Shown here: in pieces, positions 25,831 to 36,660 of the stretch
Layout: each line of letters begins with the position of its first letter
How positions within the stretch are numbered: the first letter of the stretch is position 1
Source of the DNA: Negaprion brevirostris
Taxonomy: Eukaryota
Direction of reading: 5' to 3'
Length of the DNA: 64,000 bases
NCBI GenBank assembly: GCA_030324005.1
Contig: JARDVH010000099.1
Coordinates: forward strand, 49,871,120-49,935,119
Notes under the pieces: generated by a model
Told to the model about the DNA's origin: nothing
What the model saw: only the letters and a program-made list of their open reading frames with translations
The model's database searches: none
Program-made: the position numbers and the translations under genes

Positions 25831-27954
25831 CAGTCACAGAGATTCATGGGTTTAAAAACTCAGTTCTATCGCTCTTTAGTTCTAATGGAAGGTCAGTTGA
25901 CCTGAAATGTTAATTCTGTTTCTCTCTGCTGATGCTGTCTGACCTGCTGAGTTTTTCCAGCATTTTTTTGATTCTATTTCAGTTTTCCTGCTATCTGCAG
26001 TATTTGCTTTTGTGCGTTTTGCTTATTATTATTTCTGGCAGATACTTGAGTCACTTCAGAATCTTGCTGCACAGCAATCAATTGAATGAAATAAAAATAA
26101 TGCTTTCCAGGCAGCTCCGTACTGCCCCTCGAGCTAGTGCCATGCAAATTGGAGTTGCCAAACAATGGCACACTCGTAGCTCCCAGCCACTTGAGTACAG
26201 TCCATGTGGTGCGCTATGTTGGTAAGAGCACTAGCATGGTCTGGGCACTTCCAAACTGGGCAGATTGTGATACCAAACAGCCTCTTGGAATTGATTTGAT
26301 GCACGCATTGCCAATTTGAACCTCGTAGATCCAGTTAGCGCCACGTCCTGAACATTCCCAGCTGAAGATGCTTTCAGCTTTGAGGCCTCCCTCATGAATG
26401 TTGTTTAAAGGGCCCACCATCCAAGCTACAGATGAGGTACTTCTGACTTGGTGCTTCCACTAATTTTGCAAATACAAACATAACGTTCTCTTGGAGTGTT
26501 TTGGTGACTTGTTGGATTATTGTCGCTGCATCGTGAAAAGGAGACCAGTGCAGTTTTGTGCCCTGGACACAAAAAGCCTGCTGGAGTTATGAGNNNNNNN
26601 NNNNNNNNNNNNNNNNNNNNNNNNNNNNNNNNNNNNNNNNNNNNNNNNNNNNNNNNNNNNNNNNNNNNNNNNNNNNNNNNNNNNNNNNNNNNNNNNNNNN
26701 NNNNNNNNNNNNNNNNNNNNATTCCTGCAATAGGGCAAGGATGGCACTGCCAGCGGTCATCAGGGACATCTTTGTGTTGAGCTTCTGTGGAAGTAGATCC
26801 TCCCAGCTATGAACAGGTGACAGCCAACATTTCCCTGTTTGCTGTACACAATTGAATAGGGGGGGGTGACAGGTGCACTGTATACCAAAAGAGGAGACTT
26901 CATGATCTTTTCTCTTACCATATGGACGTAAGAGATGTGGATGCTTGATTTTACCAGGATGGCAAGATGCCCAGTAATGCAGGGAGCCATCTGTTGCACT
27001 GGCTCTATCCAAATGCAGTTGGTGAGAAACCATGTCAAATTTGGAACGAAACTCTTCCCTGATTCTTGACTGAAACAAGAGACTGCCAGCAGGCCTTACA
27101 AAGTACCCAGCATCTGGTCTGCATGCTATTCAGTCCTCTCCTATACACCACCCCATCAAAGTCCTCATCTGAGTCCCCTCTAGCAGAATTCATTTGCAAC
27201 CTGGTCTTCTGGCAACTGCGCCATCATTTCCCCGTGGCTTGGCTGCATCTCATTTGAGCCTGGTGATTGACTACTTACAGAATCTGACTCTGTAAGATGA
27301 GTTGTACGAATATTTGAGCTGGAGACTGCAATCATCATATCAAGTACTTCTTCCTGAGTGGTCTTAAGCAGATTTCACACTTCCTCATGAGGCTGTAGTG
27401 GATGGCCAAGTGCTGCTACTTGGGTATCTGAAAGTATAAATGCAGAAGGGAAGAGAAAGAGGAATGGGTGGAATGTGAGAAACCCATGATCATGCCATCT
27501 CCAATTTTCAATTCATGCCAGGTAGCAGAATGAGGATGAGAGTTGAAAGGAAGGAATAAGGCAGAATGTTCTTGGTGATGCTGTGTTCTCTACAGCCATC
27601 CCGGCGGTGCTGAGCACTGCCTCACTTAGAGGGCTCAGGTAATACAGCCTCCCTCGAGTCCTTTCTATGAGCCACCTTGTTCTGTAAAAGAAAAGGAAGA
27701 ATATCAGAGATTCTGTTTGGGTAGTGTTCCTATCATGGCTGAAGAGTTGGAGCTATTTGGAAGCAGTGAGGTAGGTATGAGACTGGCAAAATTGGAAAAT
27801 GTGTAAGGGCGAAGAGGAGCTTCTGCTTAAGTGATTGGATGTGGTGCATTGAGCAGTGTGAGAGGTTGGTACTGTGGATAGGATCTATCCTTTGAAGGTG
27901 CAATCACTGATTTTGATCACGTGTGAGGTCTTTGAACTCCATGTGGTACTCTTT

Positions 27955-28255
27955 CTTTTTATGTTCATTCAAGGGATGTGGGTATCATTGGCTAGGCCAG
28001 CATTTATTGCCCATCCCTATATGCTCTTGAAGTTGGTGGTGAGCTGTCTTCAAGAACCTCAGCAGTCCCAGAGCTCTAGGTATACCCACAGTGCTGTCAT
28101 AGAATTCCAGGACCTTAACCCAGTAACACTGAAGGAATGGTAATATATTTTCAAGTCAGGATGGTGTGTGGCTTGGAAGAGAATTTGCAGATGGTAGTAT
28201 TCCCAGGTACTGCTTCAGTATTTGAGGAGTTGCAAATGGTGCTGAACAATGCGTA
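27955..28255 (-). mobile_element. 3' end of the tRNA-headed CR1-group LINE family
   Basis: ttcattcaagggatgtgggtatcattggctaggccagcatttattgccc is the reverse complement of this family's tail. Confidence 0.8.
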
Positions 28256-28424
28256 AAGTTACCTGTTACTAGGTTCTCGGGAATTCAGCTACCTCGCCAA
28301 CTGCTCCCTCCTTTCTCAGGGTTTGCCTTCAATGCCTTCTGACACTCTGCAAACATTATCTCTGGCTGATCATCAAATTAAATACTATGATGCCACCTGC
28401 CACCTACCACCTCCTCCCCCCCCC

Positions 28425-28960
28425 CCCCCATCCTTAAAAGTTTTTTCTAATTCCTTCTTGAAATCACATCACGTTTTGGCCTCAACTACTTTCTGTGATA
28501 GTGAATTCTACAGATTCACCACTTGCTGGATGAAGGAATTTCTTCTTACCTCGGTCCTGTAAGATTTACCGCTTATCCTCAAACTATNNNNNNNNNNNNN
28601 NNNNNNNNNNNNNNNNNNNNNNNNNNNNNNNNNNNNNNNNNNNNNNNNNNNNNNNNNNNNNNNNNNNNNNNNNNNNNNNNNNNNNNNCTCGGTCCTGAAA
28701 GATTTACCCCTTATCCTCAAACTATGACCCCTAGTTTTGGATTCCCCCACCACTGAGAGCACTCTCTTTCTGAATCTATCCTGTCTAATCCTGTTAGAAT
28801 TTTATGTTTGTATGAGATCCCGTCACCCTCTTCTAAACTCCAATGAATATAATCCTAACCGACTTGGTCTGTCATGTAACTACCCTGCCATTCCAGGAAT
28901 CAGTCTGGTAAACTTTCGCTGCACTCCCTAAACAACAAGACCATCCATTCTCAGATAAAA
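28425..28960 (-). mobile_element. CR1 LINE fragment (contains a gap)
   Basis: The - strand reads VGESKTRGHSLRIRGKSFRTE and RRNSFIQQVVNL, the CR1 ORF2 C-terminus. Confidence 0.9.
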
Positions 28961-30094
28961 CCTCATATTAATGCCTTCTGTGCTGTATCAGAAAACCTGG
29001 GAGTCCTCAGCCTTGCCTGGTGTTTCATTTGGTCTTGCAGGCCATTCCTGCACAATCAACAGTAACTTCCTTATAATGAATACAGCTCTCCATTAAAGAG
29101 GTGCAGGATAACTGAAACATGTGCTCACCATGTTGTCACCTTGACCAGTCTTGAACGCTCAAGCAGCCAGCAACATGTCTCGCCTCATCTGAATGTTATA
29201 ATCGTTCAAATGGGAAAGCACCATGAAATTTATGCGTCGCTTATCTCAACATGACCAGGCATAGAGTAATAGAAAGTAGTAACTCCAGAGCCCAAAAATA
29301 GAAGCAATTGAGTTCTTCTCTCTCTGGGTTGTATCAGTGGGTGAATGCCACCTAACACTGAATTTACTGTAAGGATTTAATCCTAAACTTTTACACACTT
29401 TTATGTGGTATTGTGATGGTTCCTTTATGGGCAACATAGCAGAAGAGGGTCATCTGACTCGAGGGAGCAATTGGACAAGGATGGGTAAATCACCCAAGGA
29501 GGTAAAGTCTTCACTTGGTAGGGGCATCTAGAAGACACTAAGGGACGTGGGCTGCTCCAGGGTAGCTGTGGTGGGAGGAGTGGGGTGCGGCTGCCAGCCT
29601 CCGCACAGTTTGTCCATATGAATATATCTTTTGTATTTTTGACAAAGTCAGTGAACGTGCATCGTTACACTGGCAATGAGGATAAAATAAATTGTTGATG
29701 ACACTGCCTGTGGCCCAACACCTATGAGTATCCTATTTTAATCAAAGTCTGAAGAAAAGAAATATTCACCCTAATGTCTGTGTTTGGGTGAATAGATCCA
29801 TTTGGGATGTTGAGATATTGCCAGACCCTGAGGGACAAAAGCAGAGCAAACCTGAATTAGCCGGTGCAGTCAGAAGTTTAGAAATGTATAGAAAGAAATA
29901 ACAGAAAACAACCCTCAGAAGCAAGAGCTGTGATTTTGAGTTTAAGAAAAATAGAACTTGTGTTGAGGAAAAAGAGTTGCTACGAAGTTGTTTAAAAAGA
30001 GAACGCATAAAGCAGTGTCGTAAGTAATGAAGAAATACCCCAGGACTGTAACCTAGCAATGATAGCCTTGGGGGGGGGGGTCTCTTCTGTTTAA

Positions 30095-30270
30095 AGTAAC
30101 AGCGCAGAAGGAACCGTTCAGCCTATCTTGTCCATGCCAGCCCAAGGTCACACCTTGCCACACCCAGGCATCCTTTCCAAGTTCCCCTTCCTGCACCCGG
30201 CCCAGAGCTATGCAGCTGAAAGCATGATCAAGGTCCACGTACTTCATACCAGGATTGTGACTCTGTGGAC
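30095..30270 (-). mobile_element. CR1 3' end fragment
   Basis: acagcgcagaaggaaccgttcagcctatcttgtccatgccagc is a reverse-complemented CR1 tail. Confidence 0.6.
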
Positions 30271-30994
30271 TACTAAACAGTCTTAAAACTGTAATGCGCT
30301 TTAAGCAGTAATGTGCTTAAAGCAGCAACCACAAGAAGAGATAAAGGACAATGTACAGGAAAATTGAAGAAGACCCCAGATAGGGGGCAACTCAAAAAAG
30401 AAGTCCATAAACAATTAAGTCCTCAAAGAGGCATTAAAGATCCCCAAACGGAGGGCATTGACAGACCCTAGACGGTGGGCACTGAAAGACAATGATGCAC
30501 CTCATGGACTTTGTCATGATGTTTATTAGTAAGGAAAAATCATAGACGCTATCAGCCCCCAGCCGCAGCCACCCCAAGAGGTCCAATAGCGCATCCTCCA
30601 GAGTGCGTCCAGTCTCCGAACTTCTGGAGACTGGAAGATCTGGACCTATGTGCTGAAGGTGAGATCTATTTAGAATAAACGTGAACACACTGTTGTGGAA
30701 GATGTAAATTTTATATTTGTAACTGATGTCTGCAATTTTTTCATTTGATTTTGAATATTCAGTTACTAAAATCTTTTGGCATGGTTCTAGACCGGATTAT
30801 AAAATAATGATAAACTCTAGAACTATGGTTAAATCAAAGTGCACGCATTAAGAATGCTCTGCAAAGAAAAATAATTTACAATCGTTACTCAGTCACCTTT
30901 GTCATTTAATTGTAAAGCTGAAATGAAGCGACCAGAGGGGGAGGGAGGGTAAGAGTCTGAATCAAAAATTAGGGCATAATGTGATATTCTCCTG

Positions 30995-31076
30995 TCTAAA
31001 ATAGCGAGGGGGATTGAATATAAAAGTAGGGAGGTCTTGCTGCAGCTGTATAGGGCATTGGTGAGGCCGCAGCTGG
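30995..31076 (+). mobile_element. Young CR1 fragment running into a gap
   Basis: Reads ARGIEYKSREVLLQLYRALVRPQL. Confidence 0.9.
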
Positions 31077-31859
31077 NNNNNNNNNNNNNNNNNNNNNNNN
31101 NNNNNNNNNNNNNNNNNNNNNNNNNNNNNNNNNNNNNNNNNNNNNNNNNNNNNNNNNNNNNNNNNNNNNNNNNNNNNNNNNNNNNNNNNNNNNNNNNNNN
31201 NNNNNNNNNNNNNNNNNNNNNNNNNNNNNNNNNNNNNNNNNNNNNNNNNNNNNNNNNNNNNNNNNNNNNNNNNNNNNNNNNNNNNNNNNNNNNNNNNNNN
31301 NNNNNNNNNNNNNNNNNNNNNNNNNNNNNNNNNNNNNNNNNNNNNNNNNNNNNNNNNNNNNNNNNNNNNNNNNCTGTGGTAGCATGGAGCACCTGTTCTG
31401 ACTTATTAATCTCGGAGTTTGCCAGGCTAACCTGGTGTGTTTTGTGTGTTATGGAAGCATTCTACATGGGAAAGGGGAGAACGTGCAAATCGAGAATAGC
31501 TGCGGTTTTCTTAACTGCTGCCACTTTCCAAAAGCAGTTAAGAAACTCAAGACATTATGAGATGCATTGCCCCAGCCCGTAGATTTGACTTTGCTTTCGG
31601 TCCTTAAGAAGTTTCTGCGATTTTATTAGGTTGGCGTATATGTTGATTTTTGCTGTGGGTTCCAGCAACTTAATTCATCATATGTGAGCACAGTCTAAGC
31701 CTTGGCAGGTTGATCAACTGATATATTTTCCTCATCTGGCAGCCACACGCGTGCACTCTGCAGGATGGATTGTTCAATCACAATCAGGGGTAGGACAATG
31801 ACCAAGATTTTGAATGACAAAGAAATTTCTATTTTTTTCAAGGGATGCTAAGGATGTGG

Positions 31860-33000
31860 CAAGCTTCCCAATCCTTAAAGACCTACCTTTGATCCCTCTG
31901 TACTCACCAACTGCTTTCCAACCTCCCCCTTCTTTGATCTCTCAAACCCTTGAATGTACTCCATGTCAATCTCTCCTGCAACTTTGTCTGCATCCCTCCA
32001 GTCAGCTTCCTGCCATTCCCATAGCATTATCAACACTCATAACTGAATTCGTATCTTCAGTGGTGTGGCAACGGTGCATTATCCCTCCTTTCCCTCTGTG
32101 ACAGCTGCAATCTTCAATGCAGTTACATCCTTCTACAATTTCTTTTTCATAGGGTGATCCCAACAGGTTGGCCAACATGCTTACTTTTGTTTGTATTTGT
32201 TTTTGGGAAGTGGACCCTCTGTCTGAGGTCAGCTTTCTGATTACCCTTGCTGATCTTTCAACTCCCTCTACTGCCTCAATGCTACCTGATGCCTGGTGAC
32301 CATTCTTCAATGAGCCTTGATTCCTATGGCTGAGCCACGGAAGATCAAAGCCACCACCATTAGGCACGGTGGCACAGTGGTTAACACTGCTGCCTCACAG
32401 CACCAGGGACCCGGGTTTGATTCCTGGCTTGGGCCACTCTGTGTGGAATCTGCACGTTCTCCCTGTGTCTGTGTGGGTTTCCTCCCACAGCCCCAAAGAC
32501 ATGCTGGTTGGATGCATTGGCCATGCTAAATTCTCCCTCCTGTGTACCCGAACAGGCACTGGAGAGTGGCGAGTAGGGGATTTCATTGTGGTGTTAATGT
32601 AAGCCTACTTTTGACACAAATAAATGTTTCAAATAAACATTTTAAATATTCAGCCCCACCTTGAACTCCATTATTCTCCATTCTATTCCAGGCCCAACTC
32701 CATTCCCTTCCCAAACAGTCTGAAACAGAGAGCTGACATGCTGTTTGACCCTGAATTTAGTTTTCCACACTTACATCCTCTCAATTAGAAAAGCTCCCTG
32801 GTTGCAGCTGTCTGTTGGGTACTGAGGCCCTCCTTCTTGCCTTCGGTCACCTCCAGATTTGCTCACTTCAGTGCTCTCCTGGCCAGCTTGCCATCCTCCA
32901 AAATCTGTAGACTTCAACTCAGCCATAAACTGCTGCTCCATATCGTATCATGACTTCTCCCAACACTTCAAATTCTTAAATTCTTACCCTTGATCACCCC
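31860..33000 (+). mobile_element. Highly decayed L2 LINE ORF2 relic (SINE inserted)
   Basis: FDPSVLTN..SNLP-like segment at ~31890, FDPEFSF at ~32745, FGHLQIC / VTSRFAHFSALLASLP-like segment at ~32845-32895. Confidence 0.6.
32363..32625 (+). mobile_element. HE1-like SINE (tail B)
   Basis: A box tggcacagtgg, B box ggtttgattcc, V-domain, tail gtgttaatgtaagcctacttttgacacaaataaa. Confidence 0.9.
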
Positions 33001-33227
33001 TCTTAATAAAGGGAACGTCTATTTATCCTGGTCTCTCTACAAAGCGCTTGAAGTCCTTATCTCTATTAGAAGTGCTTCATATGTGCAAGATTTTGGAGTT
33101 GATTCTTCAAAGAACCATTTCTTTGTGGTTTAAAAACACCCACCCTGATTCATCGAATAATGAAAACTTGAGTCTTCTAATGTATTATCGCTGTCACACC
33201 GCACATTCTATTTCCTGTACAATAATA

Positions 33228-33455
33228 GGTTAGTTTCCTGGCTTGGGTCACTGTGTGGGTGGAGTTTGCACGTTCTCCCAGTGTCTGCATGGGTTTCCTC
33301 CCACAGTCCAAAAGACGTGCCAATTAGGTACCATGCTAAATTGTCCCTCAGTGTACCCAAACAGCTGCTGGAATGTGGTGACCAGGGGACTTTCACAGGA
33401 ACTTTATTGCAGTGTTAATGTAAGCCTATTTGTGACACTAATAAATAAACTTTAA
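33228..33455 (+). mobile_element. HE1-like SINE (tail B), 5'-truncated
   Basis: V-domain and tail ...taagcctatttgtgacactaataaataaacttta. Confidence 0.9.
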
Positions 33456-33839
33456 GCTTTATAATTGTCAGTTAAAAGCAGTGACTGCACATGACCGGGC
33501 AGAGATTCTCACTAAAAATAAACTACAAGTATGAATCCAATCCATGATGTGTGAAAGCCAGTGGACATATAGGGATGGGGGGTGTGGAGCACACAGGGGG
33601 AGGAAGTGTCTTGGGAGCTGGTGGCATCCAAGGTAGATTAATGATTGTTCTCCAGCTGAAATGAAATGCAAGGTCAGTTGAATTCTTTGAACATTGTTCA
33701 CAGGACATCAACTTGCAGATCAAAAGACTGGCCTAGAAATCACCATTTTAGTTGAGCATTGAGAGTTACTTGGTTTGTGCACCAACTCATTAAAGACTTA
33801 TCACTCTGACATTGATATATTCAGGATTCGGCTTCCAAT

Positions 33840-34190
33840 AGTTTCCTCTTCACAAATATTTGTTTATTTTCATCTCTAACATTGCCCACCTCCACATCCT
33901 CTCAGCCCACCTTTTGCAGAAGCCCTCATCCATTTCTTTCCCACCTCTAGCTTAAACTATCCCTGTGCTGTTCTGGCTGGCAGAGATTCAATTCCCTGCC
34001 TGTGCACCCTCAATAATTTGATCAGCTATGATCAAAATGAATGGCAGAGTAGGCTCAGAGCCAAAAGTCCTACTCCTGCTTCTAGTTTCTATAATCCAAA
34101 ACTTTGCTATGTGGAACAAAGAAACACACTCTCACACACACCTGTCCTAATTAACTAGATTGGCTACAATTTAAAGTTCTTTTCTGCCCA
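33840..34190 (+). mobile_element. L2 relic with a short CR1 3' end inserted (~33985-34092)
   Basis: AEALIHFFPTSSLNYPCAVLAG followed, after the insert, by IIQNFA. The insert is gatcagctatgatc...cctactcctgcttctagtttctat. Confidence 0.6.
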
Positions 34191-34279
34191 CTTGAAGGCA
34201 AAATGAGGACACTGAAAAGTTGAGGTGATTCACCTCTAATACTTCCTTGTCAAATTACTTCTGCCAATGAACATGACAC

Positions 34280-34915
34280 TAGGAAATTCTGAGGAACAAT
34301 GGGACCTTGGTGTGTTTGTCCTTGGATCTCTGAAGGTGGAAGGGCTTGTTAGGAGGTTGGTGAAAAAGACATAAAGGCAAGTGTCCCATATCAATCGCGG
34401 CATAGACTACAAACGCAGAGAGGTCGTATTGGAGTGCTATAGAATTTTGTTTGATGAGGCCAGTGTGCAGTTGTGATTGCCATATGATAGGAAAGTTGCA
34501 ATTGCACTGGAGGAAGTGCAAAGGAGATTCAGAGATGTTATCCAGGATGGAACATTTAAGTTGTGAAGAGAGGTTGGATAGATTTGGGTTGTTTTTGTTG
34601 GAGCAGAGAAGACTGAGGGGCAACCTGATTGAGGTGTTCAAGATTATGAGGGGCATGAACAGAGCAGCATTTCCTCTTATTTGAAGGGTCAATCACAAGA
34701 GGAAATAGGTTCAAGGTCCAAGGCAGGAGGTTTAGAGGGGATGCGAGGAAAACCCTTTTTACCCAGAGGATAGTAACAGTCTGGAAATGCATTGCCTGGA
34801 AGGTTGGTGTAAGACAGCTTCACATCCTTTAAAAAAAGCACTGGATAAGTACTTAGCACACCACAACACTCAAGGCTTTGGGCCAAGTGTTTGTAAATGG
34901 GATTAGGTAGGTCAA
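34280..34915 (+). mobile_element. CR1 LINE 3' portion
   Basis: Reads LSCEERLDRFGLFLLEQRRLRGNLIEVFKIMRGM, then WKCIAW / WNALP-like and a 3' UTR. Confidence 0.9.
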
Positions 34916-34919
34916 GTGT

Positions 34920-35036
34920 ATCAAACAGTATCCAAAACAGTATACTTGTTGGAGAGGGGGATGACCACAGGGGACTCCTGCACTGACTGCCTGCCCCTTC
35001 TGGCGGTCACCCATCTATCTGCCTGCACCTTTGGTA
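34920..35036 (-). mobile_element. CR1 ORF1 fragment
   Basis: The - strand reads VQESPVVIPLSNKYTVLDTV, a linker motif typical of vertebrate CR1 ORF1. Confidence 0.7.
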
Positions 35037-35038
35037 TT

Positions 35039-35115
35039 ATAGAACATAGAACACTACAGCACAAACAGGCCCTTCGGCCCACAAGTTGCGCCGATCACAT
35101 CAACACCTACCAACC
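35039..35115 (-). mobile_element. Young CR1 3' end (gap follows)
   Basis: Nearly identical to 25391-25464 (3 differences seen). Confidence 0.9.
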
Positions 35116-35659
35116 NNNNNNNNNNNNNNNNNNNNNNNNNNNNNNNNNNNNNNNNNNNNNNNNNNNNNNNNNNNNNNNNNNNNNNNNNNNNNNNNNNNNN
35201 NNNNNNNNNNNNNNNATAAACCTACTTTTGGTAAATGGACTTCTGGGGATGGTTGTTGGGGGAATTACATAGTGAATAGACTGAAACTGATTAATTGCAT
35301 CCTCTTGTTTTTAATCATTTATGACGTGCAGGAGATGTACTAATTTTAATTGACTATTTGGAGTGTCTTTTAGTTATTCTGACATTAGAGTTTAAAGGAA
35401 TTGCTGATGCTGTTGAAATGAATGTACGTGTAACAAAATGTGCTTTTGTGAGTGACAAGTAATAGTCGCACAAAGAGCATATGAAATATTAAACGGAGCA
35501 GATTCAGCAAATTGTACATTTGCCAAATTTAGAAACATCAAAGATCTTTTTTTCACCTTGTACTGCATTCTGGAAATGAATAAGATTTCCCTTATGATCT
35601 TTTTGATGTTGATTTGTTCTGTCAGTGCTTTCCTAAAATCTTTCATTTGCTGATGAGCG

Positions 35660-36660
35660 CACTCTCTCACACTCGCTCTTTTCTCTTCTCTCCATTCCCC
35701 CTCCTCCTCTCCCTCTTAATTCTTCTGAAAATCTGGTTCTTCCTCTTTCCTCCACCGCCAAATAGGCTCAACCCTATCCCTCTTCCCTCCAAACCAAATC
35801 TCACTCTCCCCCTTTCACTCTCCACGTTATCACTCCTCCACAAATCTTGCTTTCCATTTCCGCCAATTCCTACCCTCTCACTGCCCACCCACCTCACACC
35901 TCCCCAATTCACACTTGGTCCCCCTCATGTTTTCTTCCTTCCATACCCTTCTCCNNNNNNNNNNNNNNNNNNNNNNNNNNNNNNNNNNNNNNNNNNNNNN
36001 NNNNNNNNNNNNNNNNNNNNNNNNNNNNNNNNNNNNNNNNNNNNNNNNNNNNNNNNNNNNNNNNNNNNNNNNNNNNNNNNNNNNNNNNNNNNNNNNNNNN
36101 NNNNNNNNNNNNNNNNNNNNNNNNNNNNNNNNNNNNNNNNNNNNNNNNNNNNNNNNNNNNNNNNNNNNNNNNNNNNNNNNNNNNNNNNNNNNNNNNNNNN
36201 NNNNNNNNNNNNNNNNNNNNNNNNNNNNNNNNNNNNNNNNNNNNNNNNNNNNNNNNNNNNNNNNNNNNNNNNNNNNNNNNNNNNNNNNNNNNNNNNNNNN
36301 NNNNNNNNNNNNNNNNNNNNNNNNNNNNNNNNNNNNNNNNNNNNNNNNNNNNNNNNNNNNNNNNNNNNNNNNNNNNNNNNNNNNNNNNNNNNNNNNNNNN
36401 NNNNNNNNNNNNNNNNNNNNNNNNNNNNNNNNNNNNNNNNNNNNNNNNNNNNNNNNNNNNNNNNNNNNNNNNNNNNNNNNNNNNNNNNNNNNNNNNNNNN
36501 NNNNNNNNNNNNNNNNNNNNNNNNNNNNNNNNNNNNNNNNNNNNNNNNNNNNNNNNNNNNNNNNNNNNNNNNNNNNNNNNNNNNNNNNNNNNNNNNNNNN
36601 NNNNNNNCCCCCCTGCCCCCCTCAACATTTGCCCCAATCAGTGACTTCTGACCTGGGACC
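35660..36660. repeat. Polypyrimidine low-complexity tract spanning a gap
   Basis: C/T-rich sequence on both sides of the N-run 35955-36607. Confidence 0.7.

Larger units (their letters stand above)
25117..26011. mobile_element. Inverted pair of Penelope-type terminal repeats with decayed hammerhead motifs; SINE and CR1 nested in the centre
   Basis: 25117-25235 is the reverse complement of 25855-~25970 (ttctatc..tctt.ag.tct.atg.aaggtca...acctgaaa..ttaa...tgctg.ctgacctgct.agtttt.ccagcattttt); the right copy continues to 26011. Confidence 0.65.
27370..29035 (-). pseudogene. PIF/Harbinger Myb/SANT-like accessory ORF relic with introns, interrupted by LINEs
   Basis: The - strand reads MKHQARLRTPRFSDTAQKAL (~29030-28970), frameshifted RQTLRKE..EQLAR.LNSR (~28330-28275), FKDLTR (~27935-27918), then acceptor ttcttttacag|NKVAHRK (~27680). 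A second acceptor tttcag| lies at ~27427. Confidence 0.55.

Noticed and set aside
28548-28726. ~40-bp near-duplicate flanking a gap in CR1
   Set aside because: Probably a haplotype or paralog overlap at a 100-N gap.
30530-30658. CpG-containing segment ending in AAG|gtgaga as an exon
   Set aside because: No convincing acceptor, stops nearby in all frames upstream, and an unrecognised peptide.
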